Assembly (NCBI GenBank): GCA_046349595.1
Contig: JAXMCA010000001.1
Coordinates: forward strand, 1,186,522-1,250,521
Reading direction: 5' to 3'
From: Planctomycetota bacterium
Lineage (GTDB): Bacteria > Planctomycetota > UBA1135 > UBA2386
DNA length: 64,000 nucleotides
This document shows, one piece after another, positions 8,688-16,972 of the stretch; positions within the stretch are counted from its first letter, which is position 1; each line of letters starts with the position of its first letter. Below the pieces are notes generated by a model that worked only from the letters and a program-made list of their open reading frames with translations, did not search any database and was not told where the DNA came from. The position numbers and the translations under genes are program-made.

Positions 8688-9938
8688 ATGGCCAGACGCG
8701 GAGACCGCATCACCTCTGTCCGGATCCGCGGGTTCCGTTCGCTCGCGGACGTGAATCTGGACCTGCAGGGTCTCTCCGTGCTGATCGGCGCGAACGGAGC
8801 GGGGAAGAGCGCAGTGATCGAGGCTTTCGAGTCCTTGCGGTACTTCGCGGGAGCGGGCGCGACCGTCCCGGAGTACTTCCGCGAGCACACTCGCCCGATC
8901 CGGTCGGGCTCCGGCTCGTTCGCATTCGAAGTCGAGATCGAGGGTGAGGCCCAGGCCCCGCGCTTGCGGTACGAACTCGAGGTCTATCAATCGGGCGACG
9001 GCAGCGTCGGGGTCGAGAAGGAGACGCTCGATGTGGGGCCGATCGGCGATGCGAAGGAGCCGCGGCGGTTGATCGACCGCACCCGCGGTCACGGCCGGGT
9101 GCTCGATCGAGCCAAAGGCAGGCTCGTCGAGGTCAATCGGGATTCGTCGTCGCTTCTCCTCGGACGTCTGGGTCACGCACCCGCTCCGGCCTCGGAAACC
9201 GCGGTCGAACAAGTCGCCTTCCGTCGCGCTGCAGAGGCGCTGCGCAACATCGAAGTGCACGTCCCCTTCGAGGTCATGTCCGCCTGGGCGGCGCGGCGCA
9301 CCGGACGGCGGTCGGCGAGTCGCGAGTCGAACATGCTGCAGCCCGCGTCGCGTCTCGAACTCCTCGCGGCCAATCTGGGCAACGTCTATCACGGCCTCAA
9401 GAACGACCACGGGGCCGCGCACTGGGCCGAGACCATGGAATACGTGCGCCAGGGCCTCGGTGGGGATGTCGACGACGTCGCCGCGAGTGCCGATGCATCA
9501 GGAGGCCAGCACGCGATCTCGGTGCGCTACCGGTCCTCGGGTGCGATTCCCGCAGCCGCGCTCTCCGACGGCACTCTGGCCTATCTCGCGTTCGTCGCTC
9601 TGCTCAGACTTCCCACCGAGAGGACCGTGCTCGCCTTCGACGAACCCGAACTGCACCTGCATCCAGCATTGCTGCTGCGGGTCATGAGCATGTTCGAATC
9701 GATCTCGCGCGACAGCCCGGTGGTGCTCGCGACCCACTCCGATCGCCTGCTCGACGCGCTGCTCGACCCTGCGGCCTCCGCAGTCCTCTGCGAGCTCGAC
9801 GAATCGCGAGCCACGCGTCTGCTGCGTCCCGACCGCCAACTGCTCGGCAAATGGCTCACGGACTTCCGCGATCTCGGCGATTTGCGATCCGCCGGGCTGC
9901 AATCGGCGGTGATGGAACCTCCCGGGCCGAAGGAATGA
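8688..9938 (+). CDS. ABC/SMC-like AAA_21-type ATPase (OLD/PARIS/AbiL-like ATPase component)
   Basis: Walker A GANGAGKS, signature-like LSDGTLAYL, Walker B VLAFDEPELHLHP and H-loop LATHSD are all present. This is the last 416 aa of track ORF 6162..9938. Confidence 0.85.
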   Translation: MARRGDRITSVRIRGFRSLADVNLDLQGLSVLIGANGAGKSAVIEAFESLRYFAGAGATVPEYFREHTRPIRSGSGSFAFEVEIEGEAQAPRLRYELEVYQSGDGSVGVEKETLDVGPIGDAKEPRRLIDRTRGHGRVLDRAKGRLVEVNRDSSSLLLGRLGHAPAPASETAVEQVAFRRAAEALRNIEVHVPFEVMSAWAARRTGRRSASRESNMLQPASRLELLAANLGNVYHGLKNDHGAAHWAETMEYVRQGLGGDVDDVAASADASGGQHAISVRYRSSGAIPAAALSDGTLAYLAFVALLRLPTERTVLAFDEPELHLHPALLLRVMSMFESISRDSPVVLATHSDRLLDALLDPAASAVLCELDESRATRLLRPDRQLLGKWLTDFRDLGDLRSAGLQSAVMEPPGPKE

Positions 9939-10267
9939 CGAAGATCCTCGTGATCTACGAGGACGCGCGCGCCGCGGCGGGGGAGTTCGGGCCGCACGAA
10001 CTGATCCTCGGCTGTGTCGGCGATGAGGTGGGCAAGCGCGTGCACGAACTCCGGCAGCACGTTCGCGGGATTCCCATGAATGGTGTGCCCAAGGTGCTGG
10101 CCGCGCTGACCGACGCCGACCGTCTGCGCGGGCTCGCGCCCGGCGGGATCCCCATCCTCGCGCTGATCGACGCGGACCGGATCCGGAATCACATCCCTCA
10201 GGGGCTGCGTCGCGCCGCCGACCTCGAGGCGGCGTCAGGTCGCGCTTCTCGGAGCCCGAGCGGCTGA
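9935..10267 (+). CDS. Toprim-like small protein, N-terminal fragment (DUF4276-like by architecture)
   Basis: MTKILVIYEDARAAAG supplies a conserved Glu and ILALIDADRI a DxD motif. The ATG overlaps the ATPase stop (ATGA). Confidence 0.5.
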   Translation: MTKILVIYEDARAAAGEFGPHELILGCVGDEVGKRVHELRQHVRGIPMNGVPKVLAALTDADRLRGLAPGGIPILALIDADRIRNHIPQGLRRAADLEAASGRASRSPSG

Positions 10268-10269
10268 CC

Positions 10270-10503
10270 GTGGTTCTCCTGGATCGCAATCTCGAGACAG
10301 TGATCGTCGCAATCGGTGACTGTGACGAGCGAGAGCGAGAGCTCGTCGAAGAAGCTCTCCGCAAGGACATCAACGCACGCGATCGGCTCCTCGGCAAGCT
10401 GGGCAACGACCCGGTTCGGCGACCCATCCGCGATTGCGTGCGCAAGGCGGTTCCGTCCTTCGATCGCGCTGTCGGAGTGGTGCGCGACGCACTTCGCTCG
10501 TGA
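10270..10503 (+). CDS. C-terminal fragment of the same Toprim-like protein (different frame)
   Basis: This frame stays open upstream to about 10222 and reads ...RFSEPERLTVVLLDRNLETVIVAIGDCDERE. The two pieces sum to roughly 195 aa. Confidence 0.4.
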   Translation: MVLLDRNLETVIVAIGDCDERERELVEEALRKDINARDRLLGKLGNDPVRRPIRDCVRKAVPSFDRAVGVVRDALRS

Positions 10504-10527
10504 CGCGCGCCGCGGCGATCCCGGCGC

Positions 10528-10545
10528 GGGTCGAGACCTCGACCC
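10528..10545. terminator. GC hairpin between convergent genes
   Basis: GGGTCGAG-AC-CTCGACCC inverted repeat. No T-tract. Confidence 0.3.
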
Positions 10546-10550
10546 ACCGC

Positions 10551-11807
10551 TCAGCGCGCGCTGCTCGGGCGGATCAGTCCCTGGGCGAACGCGATCTCCG
10601 CGATCTCACGTCCGATCTCGAGCGAGGCCGTCGCCGCCGGTGAGGGCGCGTTGAGCACATGCAGACGGCGCTCGCCCTCGATCACCAGGAAGTCGTCGAC
10701 GAGCGAGCCGTCGCGTTGCAGCGCCTGTGCGCGCACGCCGGCACCGGCGGGCAGCAAGTCGCCGGCGCTCACCGCGGGTCCCAGGCGTGCCAACGCGCGC
10801 GCGAAGGCCGCGCGGCTGAGCGAGCGCCACATCTCGCCGACGCCGGTGATGAAGTGACGACGCGCGAGGCGCCAGAAGCCGGGGAAGGTCGCCGTCGCCA
10901 GCGTGTCGCGCAGCGAGAAGGAACTGCGGCGGTAGCCGTCGCGGCGGAAGGCGAGCACCGCGTTCGGTCCGCATTCGACGCCGCCGCCGACCATGCGCGT
11001 GAAGTGCACGCCGAGGAAGGGGAAGCGTGGGTCGGGCACCGGGTAGATCAGGCCGCGCACGAGGTGTTCGCGGTCGTCCCGCAGGCGGTGGTACTCGCCG
11101 CGGAAGGGCACGATGCGCACCGCGGGCCGCACGCCGTCGACGCGATGCGCAACGCGGTCGGACCACAGACCGGCACAGGTCACGAGGCTGCGCGCGCGGA
11201 GTCGCCCCTTCGTGGTGTCGAGCGACCAGCAGTCGCCGTCGTCGAGGGCGGCGCGCAGCGCAGTGCCGAGCATCAGTTCGCCACCGCGCTCCCGCACGTC
11301 GCCGGCGAGGGATTCCGCCACCTTGCCGTAGTCGACGATCGCCGCGCCCGGCACGTGGAGTGCCGCGACGCCGCGCGCATGCGGTTCGATGGCGCGCAGT
11401 CGATCGGGATCGAGGCGTGCGAGGCCGGCGACACCGTTCGCCGTTCCGCGTCGCTCCAGTTCCTGCAGGCGCGGTAGCTCCGTCTCGTCGACGGCGACGA
11501 CCACCTTGCCGACCACCTGCAGCGGCAGATCGCGCTCGCGGCAGTAGGCCATCATCCGTGCGGCGCCGGCGACGCAGGTGCGCGCCTTGCGTGAACCCGG
11601 CTTGTAGTAGAGACCCGAGTGCACGACGCCGCTGTTGTGTCCGGTCTGGTGCCGTGCGACGCCGTCCTCCTTCTCGAGGACTAGCAGGCGGATGCCGGGT
11701 GCCGCGGTCTGCAGCGCGGTCGCGGTCGCCAGGCCGACGATCCCGCCGCCGACGATCGCCAGGTCGAAGGTCGAGTCGGCGCGGGCGCCGCTGCGCGCGT
11801 TCGTCAT
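10551..11807 (-). CDS. lhgO: L-2-hydroxyglutarate oxidase (FAD-dependent)
   Basis: FDLAIVGGGIVGLATA is an FAD fold motif. HQTGHNSGVVHSGLYYKPGS and VLNAPSPAATASL are typical of LhgO. I chose the start MTNARSG. Confidence 0.85.
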   Translation of the reverse strand: MTNARSGARADSTFDLAIVGGGIVGLATATALQTAAPGIRLLVLEKEDGVARHQTGHNSGVVHSGLYYKPGSRKARTCVAGAARMMAYCRERDLPLQVVGKVVVAVDETELPRLQELERRGTANGVAGLARLDPDRLRAIEPHARGVAALHVPGAAIVDYGKVAESLAGDVRERGGELMLGTALRAALDDGDCWSLDTTKGRLRARSLVTCAGLWSDRVAHRVDGVRPAVRIVPFRGEYHRLRDDREHLVRGLIYPVPDPRFPFLGVHFTRMVGGGVECGPNAVLAFRRDGYRRSSFSLRDTLATATFPGFWRLARRHFITGVGEMWRSLSRAAFARALARLGPAVSAGDLLPAGAGVRAQALQRDGSLVDDFLVIEGERRLHVLNAPSPAATASLEIGREIAEIAFAQGLIRPSSAR

Positions 11808-11970
11808 CCGCGGGGATTCTGGTCGACATCCAAGGTCGCGTCGAGAAGTGCTTTCCTGCGCTGCCTCCGCTCGCTTCACTCATCGCCCACGGCCTGGGCC
11901 TCTTGGCCTCCCGAGCCGTCGCGTGATGCGACGCGTCTTCGGCCCACGGCCCATTCGAAGAAGCGACGGC

Positions 11971-12621
11971 ATGGGTGAGATCCTCTTGGCGTGTGCGGAT
12001 CCGCGTGAAGGCGGCGCGATGGAGACCTTGTGCGGGCGCAGGCCCTTCGTGCTCGGCGTGGGGAAGGCGGCCGCTGCCTGCAGCGTCACGAGCCGGCTCG
12101 CGCGCCACGACGTCGGCGCCGTGCTGCTGTTCGGCGTCGCCGGCGCCTACCCGGCGGTCGATGGTCCGCCGCTGCAGGTGCTCGACCTCGCGCTGGTCGC
12201 CGAGCAGGTGTTCGGCGACGAAGGCGTGGCGACTCCCTCGGGCTTCCTCGGTGTGGGAGAGCTCGGGCTCGCCAGTGAACTGCCGCTGCGCAACGACCCG
12301 GCGCTTCTCGATCGCGCCGCAGCGGGCCTCTCCTCCACGCGTCGAGTCCGCTGCGCGACGGTCAGCACCTGCAGCGGCATCGACGCTCTCGCGCTCGAAC
12401 GCGCGAAGCGCACCGAAGCCGCGATCGAGACCATGGAGAGCGCTGCGGTCGCCCTCGCCTGCCGACGCTACGCTGTCCCGCTCCTCGAGGTGCGCTGCAT
12501 CTCCAACCGCACCGGCGACCGCGACCGCGCCGGTTTCGAGTTGATGCGGGCCTGCCTGCGTGCGCAGGAGGCCGCCGCGCAGCTCTTCGCCGCACTCCCG
12601 GAATGGCTCACGCCACGCTGA
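11971..12621 (+). CDS. mqnB: futalosine hydrolase (nucleosidase family)
   Basis: MGEILLACAD...LLFGVAGAY...ETMESAAVA is a PNP/MTAN-type fold. It overlaps mqnD by 19 nt. Confidence 0.7.
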   Translation: MGEILLACADPREGGAMETLCGRRPFVLGVGKAAAACSVTSRLARHDVGAVLLFGVAGAYPAVDGPPLQVLDLALVAEQVFGDEGVATPSGFLGVGELGLASELPLRNDPALLDRAAAGLSSTRRVRCATVSTCSGIDALALERAKRTEAAIETMESAAVALACRRYAVPLLEVRCISNRTGDRDRAGFELMRACLRAQEAAAQLFAALPEWLTPR

Positions 12622-13460
12622 AGCTCGGCTTCTCGCCCTGCCCGAACGACACCTTCATGTTCCACGCGCTCGTGCACGGGCTCGTGACGGTGCCGGGCGT
12701 GTCCTTCGAGCCGGTGCTGTGTGACATCGAGGAGCTCAATCGACGCGCGTTGTCGGAGGACGGCGCCACGCGCCTGCCCCTGACCAAGATGAGTGCAGCG
12801 ACCTTGGCGCTGTGCGCCGACCGTTACGTCGCGCTGTCCAGCGGCGCCGCGCTGGGTCGTGGGGTCGGGCCGCTGGTGGTGGTCCGCGCCGGGGATCGCC
12901 GTCGAGGTCTCGAGGATCTCGCCGGTGCGCGGGTTGCGATCCCCGGACGGCACACCACGGCGAACCTGCTGCTCTCGGTGCTCGTGCCGCGCGCTCCGAC
13001 CACCGTCGAGATGCGCTTCGACCTCGTGATGGAGGCCGTCGCGAGCGGAGCCGTCGACGCGGGCGTGGTGATCCACGAGAGCCGCTTCACCTACACCGCG
13101 CACGGCCTGGCGTGTCTCGCCGATCTCGGCGTCCTGTGGGAGCAGCGCAGCGGCCTGCCGCTCGCGCTCGGCGTGATCGCGGCCGACCGTGGGCTGCCCT
13201 CGGAACTGCGACGGAACCTCGCGCGCGGCATCGCGGACTCGGTTCGCCATGCCTTCGCGCAGCCGTCGGCCTCGCGCGACTACGTGCGCGCGCACGCGCA
13301 GGAGATGGCGGAGGACGTCTGCGCGCGCCACATCGCGCTCTACGTCAACGAGTTCAGCGTCGGACTCGGCGACGAGGGCCGCCGCGCGCTGCGCGAACTG
13401 GTCGCGCGCGCGCGGGAGCGTGGCTTCGCGCCCCTCGGTCCCGATCCGCTCGGCGACTGA
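12603..13460 (+). CDS. mqnD: 1,4-dihydroxy-6-naphthoate synthase
   Basis: LKLGFSPCPNDTFMFHALVHG is the characteristic MqnD N-terminus. Confidence 0.85.
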   Translation: MAHATLKLGFSPCPNDTFMFHALVHGLVTVPGVSFEPVLCDIEELNRRALSEDGATRLPLTKMSAATLALCADRYVALSSGAALGRGVGPLVVVRAGDRRRGLEDLAGARVAIPGRHTTANLLLSVLVPRAPTTVEMRFDLVMEAVASGAVDAGVVIHESRFTYTAHGLACLADLGVLWEQRSGLPLALGVIAADRGLPSELRRNLARGIADSVRHAFAQPSASRDYVRAHAQEMAEDVCARHIALYVNEFSVGLGDEGRRALRELVARARERGFAPLGPDPLGD

Positions 13461-13472
13461 GGCCCGCGCCGC

Positions 13473-14810
13473 TCACTTCTTCGGCAGTCCGAGCTTCGCG
13501 CGGAAGGAGTCCGGGTCGGCGTCGAACTTGGCCTTGCACTTGGTGCAGCAGAAGGCGACGCGCTTGCCGTCGATCTCGGAGAACACCGCGGCGTCGACGT
13601 CCTTGTCGGAGACCGGGCACTTGGCGTTGATCGCGGCGACCGCGGCCTGACCGAGTCCGAGCTTCTCGCGGAAGGCGTTGGGGTCGGCGTCGAACTTCGC
13701 CTTGCACTTCTCGCAGCAGAAGGCGACGGTCTTGCCGTCGAGAAGCGAGGTGAACTTCGGATCGACGTCCTTGTCGGACACCGGGCACTTGGTGTTGATC
13801 ACCGCCTTCGCGGCCTCGGCCTCCGCCTTGGCCTGTGCCGCGGCGGCGAGCATCTGCTCCGCCTCCTTGCCGAGATCGATGCGCGTGCCGGGGAGCTGCT
13901 GGGCGAGCTGCGTCGCGCCGGCTTCGGTCGCCGCGCTCTGCCAGAGGAAGAGCTTCTCGATGCGCTTCAGGCCGGCGAGCGACGGCAGGCCCGCGTCGCT
14001 GACCTTGGTGCCGTAGAGGTTGAGATACTCGAGGTCCGACAGCCCGGAGAGCGCTGCGAGGCCCGCGTCACCGACCGCGGTGTTGGCGAGGTTGAGACGG
14101 CGCAGGTGCGGGAAGCGCTTCAGGCGTGCGAGACCGGCGTCGGTCACCTTGGTGCGCGACAGGTTCAGCCAGACCAGGGTCGGCTCGAGACCGTCGAGCG
14201 CGGCCAGGGCGGCATCGTCGATCTTGTCGCCCTGCAGCGAGAAGTTGACGTCGACCGCCAGGGTGTTCGCCGCGATGCGCTGGGCCAGCGCGCCGGTGGC
14301 ACGAACCGCTTCGAGAGCCTTGCCCTCGGCGACCTTCTGCGCGTCGTCGAGCGCCGGCAGTTCGATGTTCTCCCGCGAACGACGGTGCGCCTCGCGCTCC
14401 TCGATCGCCTTGTCGCCGGCATCGGGCCAGTCGGCGCCCTCCTCGATCCAGCGCTGCAGCAGCGCGATCTGCTCGGCGTTGAGCTTCTCGCCCTCGTTGG
14501 GCATCACGTCCGGGTCGTCGGCGGGCAGCTTGACGCGGACCAGCGCCTCGCTGTCGTCGGGCTTGCCGGGGACGAACGAGCCCTTGTCCTCGTCGAAGGC
14601 GAAGCGCCGCAGGTCGAGGCGCAGCTTGCCCTTCTGCTTGTCCGGCCCGTGGCACTTCACGCAGTGGTCGCGCAGCAGGGGTCGGATCTGCTTCTCGAAG
14701 TCGACCTTCTGCGCGGCCGTGCCCGGATCCTGGGGGGCGGGGGAGGCGGACAGGAGCGCGCCCAGCGCGAGCAGTGCGGAGAGTGCCATGGCGGGGAGGG
14801 ATGATCCCAT
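13473..14810 (-). CDS. secreted PSCyt1 (planctomycete-type cytochrome c) / leucine-rich repeat protein with two C-terminal Cys-rich YHS/TRASH-like repeats
   Basis: Signal peptide MGSSLPAMALSALLALGALL. Heme motif IRPLLRDHCVKCHGPDKQKGKLRLD. LRRs such as LNLSRTKVTDAGLARL. The block CPVSDKDVD...AFCC.KCKAKFDADP occurs twice. Confidence 0.8.
   Translation of the reverse strand: MGSSLPAMALSALLALGALLSASPAPQDPGTAAQKVDFEKQIRPLLRDHCVKCHGPDKQKGKLRLDLRRFAFDEDKGSFVPGKPDDSEALVRVKLPADDPDVMPNEGEKLNAEQIALLQRWIEEGADWPDAGDKAIEEREAHRRSRENIELPALDDAQKVAEGKALEAVRATGALAQRIAANTLAVDVNFSLQGDKIDDAALAALDGLEPTLVWLNLSRTKVTDAGLARLKRFPHLRRLNLANTAVGDAGLAALSGLSDLEYLNLYGTKVSDAGLPSLAGLKRIEKLFLWQSAATEAGATQLAQQLPGTRIDLGKEAEQMLAAAAQAKAEAEAAKAVINTKCPVSDKDVDPKFTSLLDGKTVAFCCEKCKAKFDADPNAFREKLGLGQAAVAAINAKCPVSDKDVDAAVFSEIDGKRVAFCCTKCKAKFDADPDSFRAKLGLPKK
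13476..13805 (-). repeat. tandem ~168-bp (56-aa) intragenic duplication encoding the Cys-rich C-terminal domain
   Basis: GTCGAACTTGGCCTTGCACTTGGTGCAGCAGAAGGCGAC (near 13521) and GTCGAACTTCGCCTTGCACTTCTCGCAGCAGAAGGCGAC (near 13689). Confidence 0.7.
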
Positions 14811-14853
14811 GCCGGCGCGATGGCGTCCATCGCGCGCCCCGACCGGATCGCGA

Positions 14854-16371
14854 TCAGCGCGCGCCGAACACGCGCACCGTGAAGCCCAGCTCCTGCGACA
14901 GCGCGACCATCTCGCCGAAGACGTCGCCGTACGCCACGGCGACATGATTCGACATGTAGTGCGCCATCAGCGTGTCGCGGGAGACACCCATGTCGGCGGC
15001 CATGAAGGGCCACTCGCGCGTGGTGCCGTTCCACCAGGCGTCGCGGACCGCGGGCGGCAGCTTCACGACCTCGCCGCGTCCGACGTCCATCCACAGGCGG
15101 TCGCCGCTGCTCCAGGCGCGCGCCCAGGTCATCGCGCCGGGCAGGCTCTCGCCGGCGAGCGACCCGCCCGGGGTCGGGAAGTACAGCTTCGGCTGGCGGT
15201 AGCTGTGTGCGCCGTTCAGCGTCGACGGGTCGTGATTGAAGGCGTACGCGCCGCAGGAGCCGGAGTTGAGCAGCACCCAGAGGAAGCGGCCCTCGTGCTC
15301 CGCACCCCAGCGCACGTCGTGGAACATCACCGCCTGGTGGAGGCCCTTGTCCTTCAGCAGGCGCTTGAGCATCTCCATCGGCACGGCGTTGCCCTGGTCG
15401 GCCTCGGTCGCGCAGGCGATGGTGTCGCCGTTGCTCTCCGGTCGACAGGCCGAATTGAACAGGCCCTCGCTGAGATCCGACGGCGGTCGCAGCGGGATCA
15501 TCCCGAGCTGGTACTGCCAGCCCAGGCAGTCGGCCTTGAACTCGTCGACCATGTCCTTCACGACCAGGTAGTCGCGCAGCTGCTCGCGCGAGCTGTCGGG
15601 GGTGAAGTCGTCCGCACCGTTCTCGCCCCAGTGGAAGCGGATGCCCTTCTGCTTCACGAAGTCGAAGGCGGCATCGATGCGCCTGGCGGCGACATCACGT
15701 CCGCGTGCGACGATCCAGCACTGGTCGATCTTGTGCTCGGCGAAGCCGTGGCGCGCGAGCAGGCGCGGACCGAAGTAGCCGTTGATCATCCCCATCGAGG
15801 TGTCGCCGAGCATCAGCAGCAGGGCTCGGCGGTCCTTGAACTGCTTCGCGATGCGGCGTGCACGCGCGGCGGCGTCGGAGGAGATGGTGGCGTGGGACGA
15901 GATCTCTCCGTCGTCCCAGGCGATGCGTCCGGTGCGGCAGAAGGACTCCAGGCGCTGCATGAAGGCGTCGTCCCGGGTCCAGTCGGCGGCGTCGGTCCAC
16001 ACGCGCGAATGCGCGCGGTCGAGCATGCGCAGGCAGGCGCCGGTGTTGAGCAGTCCGACCAGCCCCGGCCAGCGGCCGGAGAAGTTGCTCGCCAGCAGCA
16101 GGGGGTTGTCCTTGCCGACCACGCCGTCGGTGGTGTGCGGGCCGTAGAACCAGTGCACGCAGATGCCGACCATCGGGTCCTGCACGGGTCCGAGCTTCTC
16201 GATTGCCTCGTGCGGCTTGCTCAGGAAACCGGGCACGCGGTACGGCGCGCAGCCCAGCGCGCGCAGCGCCGCTTCCATCTGCTGCGTCGCCTGCTCCATG
16301 TTGGGCTCGGCGAGTTGGTTCGGAATCGCCCGCGCGTCGCCGGGCCAGAACAACGCGATCTTCTGCGCCAT
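14854..16371 (-). CDS. FucI/AraA-like sugar isomerase family protein (assignment uncertain)
   Basis: MAQKIALFWPGD...LLMLGDTSMGMINGYFGP...GSCGAYAF. The protein is 505 aa and lies 43 nt upstream of the PSCyt1 gene on the same strand. Confidence 0.55.
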   Translation of the reverse strand: MAQKIALFWPGDARAIPNQLAEPNMEQATQQMEAALRALGCAPYRVPGFLSKPHEAIEKLGPVQDPMVGICVHWFYGPHTTDGVVGKDNPLLLASNFSGRWPGLVGLLNTGACLRMLDRAHSRVWTDAADWTRDDAFMQRLESFCRTGRIAWDDGEISSHATISSDAAARARRIAKQFKDRRALLLMLGDTSMGMINGYFGPRLLARHGFAEHKIDQCWIVARGRDVAARRIDAAFDFVKQKGIRFHWGENGADDFTPDSSREQLRDYLVVKDMVDEFKADCLGWQYQLGMIPLRPPSDLSEGLFNSACRPESNGDTIACATEADQGNAVPMEMLKRLLKDKGLHQAVMFHDVRWGAEHEGRFLWVLLNSGSCGAYAFNHDPSTLNGAHSYRQPKLYFPTPGGSLAGESLPGAMTWARAWSSGDRLWMDVGRGEVVKLPPAVRDAWWNGTTREWPFMAADMGVSRDTLMAHYMSNHVAVAYGDVFGEMVALSQELGFTVRVFGAR

Positions 16372-16431
16372 GGACGCGATCAGACGGCGCGGGCGGCCGC
16401 CGTGCAACGGCAGCCGCTACGCTGCGCGCCG

Positions 16432-16929
16432 ATGGTGTTCCGCAAGTCCTACCGCTACCGCTTCGGCGACATCGACGACGCCGGTATCGCCTACTACCCA
16501 CGCCTGCTGCACTACTTCCACTGCGCGATGGAGGACTGGTGGGCCGACGGGCTCGGCAAGAGCTACCGCGACGTGATGTACGAGGAGCACTTCGGACTGC
16601 CCGCGGTGAAGCTCGAAGCCGAGTTCTACGAGCCGATCCGCTACGGCGACGAGCCGGTGGTGCACATCGGCGTACTGCGGATCGGCACCACCTCGGTCGA
16701 ACTCGGCTTCTGGATGACCCGCGGCGACGACCCGCGCCGCGCGGCCTGCCGGGCGCGGATCGTGACCGCCGGCGTCGACATGCGCAGCTTCGCGCCGAAG
16801 CCCGTGCCCGAGCACTGGCGCGCCGCATTGGCACGCTATGCCCTGGCCGAGGCCGACTTCCCCGGCCGTCCCGGCAAGGAGGAGAGGCCCGATCCGGGAC
16901 CGTCGCGGCCGGCCGGAATGCAGCCCTGA
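16432..16929 (+). CDS. acyl-CoA thioesterase (hotdog fold, 4HBT/YbgC-like)
   Basis: YRYRFGDIDDAGIAYYPRLLHYFHCAMEDWW is typical of the 4HBT family. Confidence 0.7.
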   Translation: MVFRKSYRYRFGDIDDAGIAYYPRLLHYFHCAMEDWWADGLGKSYRDVMYEEHFGLPAVKLEAEFYEPIRYGDEPVVHIGVLRIGTTSVELGFWMTRGDDPRRAACRARIVTAGVDMRSFAPKPVPEHWRAALARYALAEADFPGRPGKEERPDPGPSRPAGMQP

Positions 16930-16972
16930 CCGGCGTGGCGCCGCGAGGTATGCTTCCGCGCCCGGTGGCGCA

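Noticed and set aside
6162-9938. 1258-aa plus-strand ORF, and the 1080-aa minus ORF 6180..9422
   Set aside because: Only the last 416 aa (plus strand, from 8688) and the last 763 aa (minus strand, from 8471) have real protein features. The remaining parts are antisense to each other's genes and are Arg/Ala/Gly/Pro-rich, a typical high-GC artefact.
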